From Eledone cirrhosa (taxonomy: Eukaryota): a DNA stretch of 64,000 nt. Below the pieces are notes generated by a model. That model had not been told where the DNA came from. It did no database searches and saw only the letters and a program-made list of their open reading frames with translations. Each line of letters begins with the position of its first letter. Within the stretch, counting starts at the first letter, position 1. Made by a program: the position numbers and the translations under genes. The stretch spans positions 201,748,001 to 201,812,000 of the forward strand of contig OZ024742.1 in the NCBI GenBank assembly GCA_964016885.1. Direction: 5' to 3'. Of the stretch, positions 62,690 to 64,000 are shown piece after piece.

Positions 62690-64000
62690 TTTTTCGTATA
62701 CGATGATTACAAATGCAGGTTATGTTCTCCCCTGAACATAACCTGCATTCTCTCCTGTTCCCAAGATATGGAGTTATTTGTAGAATGGTGTTCCACGATA
62801 GCTTGAAATGTATTTTTTTCTTTTTATAGTTATTTACTGCTTTTATAGTTATTTACTGTGGTGTTAGCTAGTTTAGTATTGTTAAAACTACGGGAGTGTG
62901 CGTAAAATCTTTTCTTAAATGTGTTTGATGTAGATCCTATATATGTTTTGTTGGAGTCACTAGTAGACACAGGGCATTTATATATTACATTATTAATCAA
63001 ACAGTAGCCATTTAAGGGGCAAATGCTTCTATTTCTGTATACGTAAGATGGTTGGTGGGGGTACCTATACCATTCTCATTAATCCTTGATCTATTCCTAT
63101 TGTAATTAATGTTAGCGGGAGAATGAAGGTTGCTTTGTGGGTGGTTTAGGGCTAGGGTTGTATTATGACTTTGTGTTCTGTTGTTTTTGTGTTGGTGATT
63201 TGGGTGGTTGTGTTTTCCAGGTTGAAGGATTGTATTATTTGTCCTTTTAAAAGGTGCAGTCCTATTTAAATTATGTTGTGGTGGTGTGGTCATATTATTT
63301 TTAAATATATAAATGTCGTAGTTGCTTATTTTTTTGCTGCAGATTGTTTGATGTAGAGTATGAGAATTTAACAGTATATCTGTTAAATAGTTGATGGTAT
63401 CTGTGGTTTGGTGGAAAATGTTTATGTAGAACTTCGAAAAATGTTTGGGGGATTTGTCCAATAGTTTGCAGGTTGAAGGGTGCGTTGTACCATGTTATGT
63501 TTCTTTTGCAGTTTTTAGTTATGTTCTTATTACCACTTATATTATTGTGTTGTGTTGTGTTGTGCCCTAGAAGAGTTCCTATGTTTAGTATTCGTATTTG
63601 TGGAATTTGGTAAACTACCATGGTTGTATTTGGTTTTATTATTGGGTAGATTATGAGATTTTCAATGCTTCGTATTCATATGTGAGTTGATAATATTGGT
63701 CATAGATCGTGTAGTAATAGTTGTTGTGGTTTTTCGGTTGTTTGGTTTAATAGGAATAACGCCTTTAGGTATTTGTTTCAATGGTATTTTTTGGTGTTTG
63801 TAGTTTTTGTTAGGTTTTATATTTTGGTCCATAGTGTTGGCGATATATGAGATGTTTTCTTTATATCCACTTCTAGTTAAAGCCTCGTTGTAGAAGGGTG
63901 CATTATTATAAAATATATCTTCATTGGAAGATAATTTAGAAAGTCTAAGAGATTTGTTATATACTAAGTTTTTCAGTATAGAGCCATGGTGGTTAGAGCG
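62690..64000 (-). mobile_element. Decayed Penelope-like retroelement (RT thumb, linker, GIY-YIG endonuclease), probably Naiad-type; continues beyond the window
   Basis: Minus-strand peptides: RSNHHGSILKNLVYNKSLRLSKLSSNEDIFYNNAPFYNEALTRSGYK (from 64000); KRNITWYNAPFN..FFEVLHKHFPPNHRYHQLFNRYTVKFSYSTSNN; ICPLNGYCLINNVIYKCPVSTSDSNKTYIGSTSNTFKKRFYAHSRSF (VIY at 62980-62988, YIG at 62935-62943); LSWNTILQITPYLGNRRECRLCSGEN. Frameshifted. The clade assignment is from recalled motifs. Confidence 0.9.

Noticed and set aside
62500-63060. Hammerhead ribozyme or selenocysteine codons in the Penelope-like element
   Set aside because: No CUGANGA...GAAA core was found by eye near the 3' end, and the Cys positions are TGC, TGT or TAC rather than TGA.

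Overview
Eukaryotic animal genomic DNA. A cephalopod (Octopus-like) source is inferred from tRNA-derived SINEs and dense microsatellites; this is not database-verified. Bases 1-52990 are one continuous tandem array of a 39-bp monomer (ATGACTACTACCACCACCACTACAGCCACAACCACTACT, about 1,350 copies, already running at base 1). One + frame reads MTTTTTTTATTTT, a mucin-like Thr repeat. The array is built from layered higher-order repeats of about 1-6 kb that can be traced by shared variants. These include a 2-bp deletion copied seven times that switches the reading into a His/Tyr-rich frame, three single 1-bp deletions at layer junctions, and four in-frame stops. It ends abruptly at a possible splice donor. 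Whether it is a neutral satellite or a partly decayed giant mucin exon cannot be settled from sequence alone. The last 11 kb are repeat-rich and apparently non-coding: microsatellites, a decayed RTE-clade LINE with C-terminal C2H2 fingers, three SINE copies, a decayed Penelope-like GIY-YIG element, a 148-bp near-perfect palindrome centred on (TA)n, a 319-bp insert flanked by 140/182-bp direct repeats, and a cluster of ETS-type motifs. No intact conventional gene, RNA gene or CRISPR array is supported.
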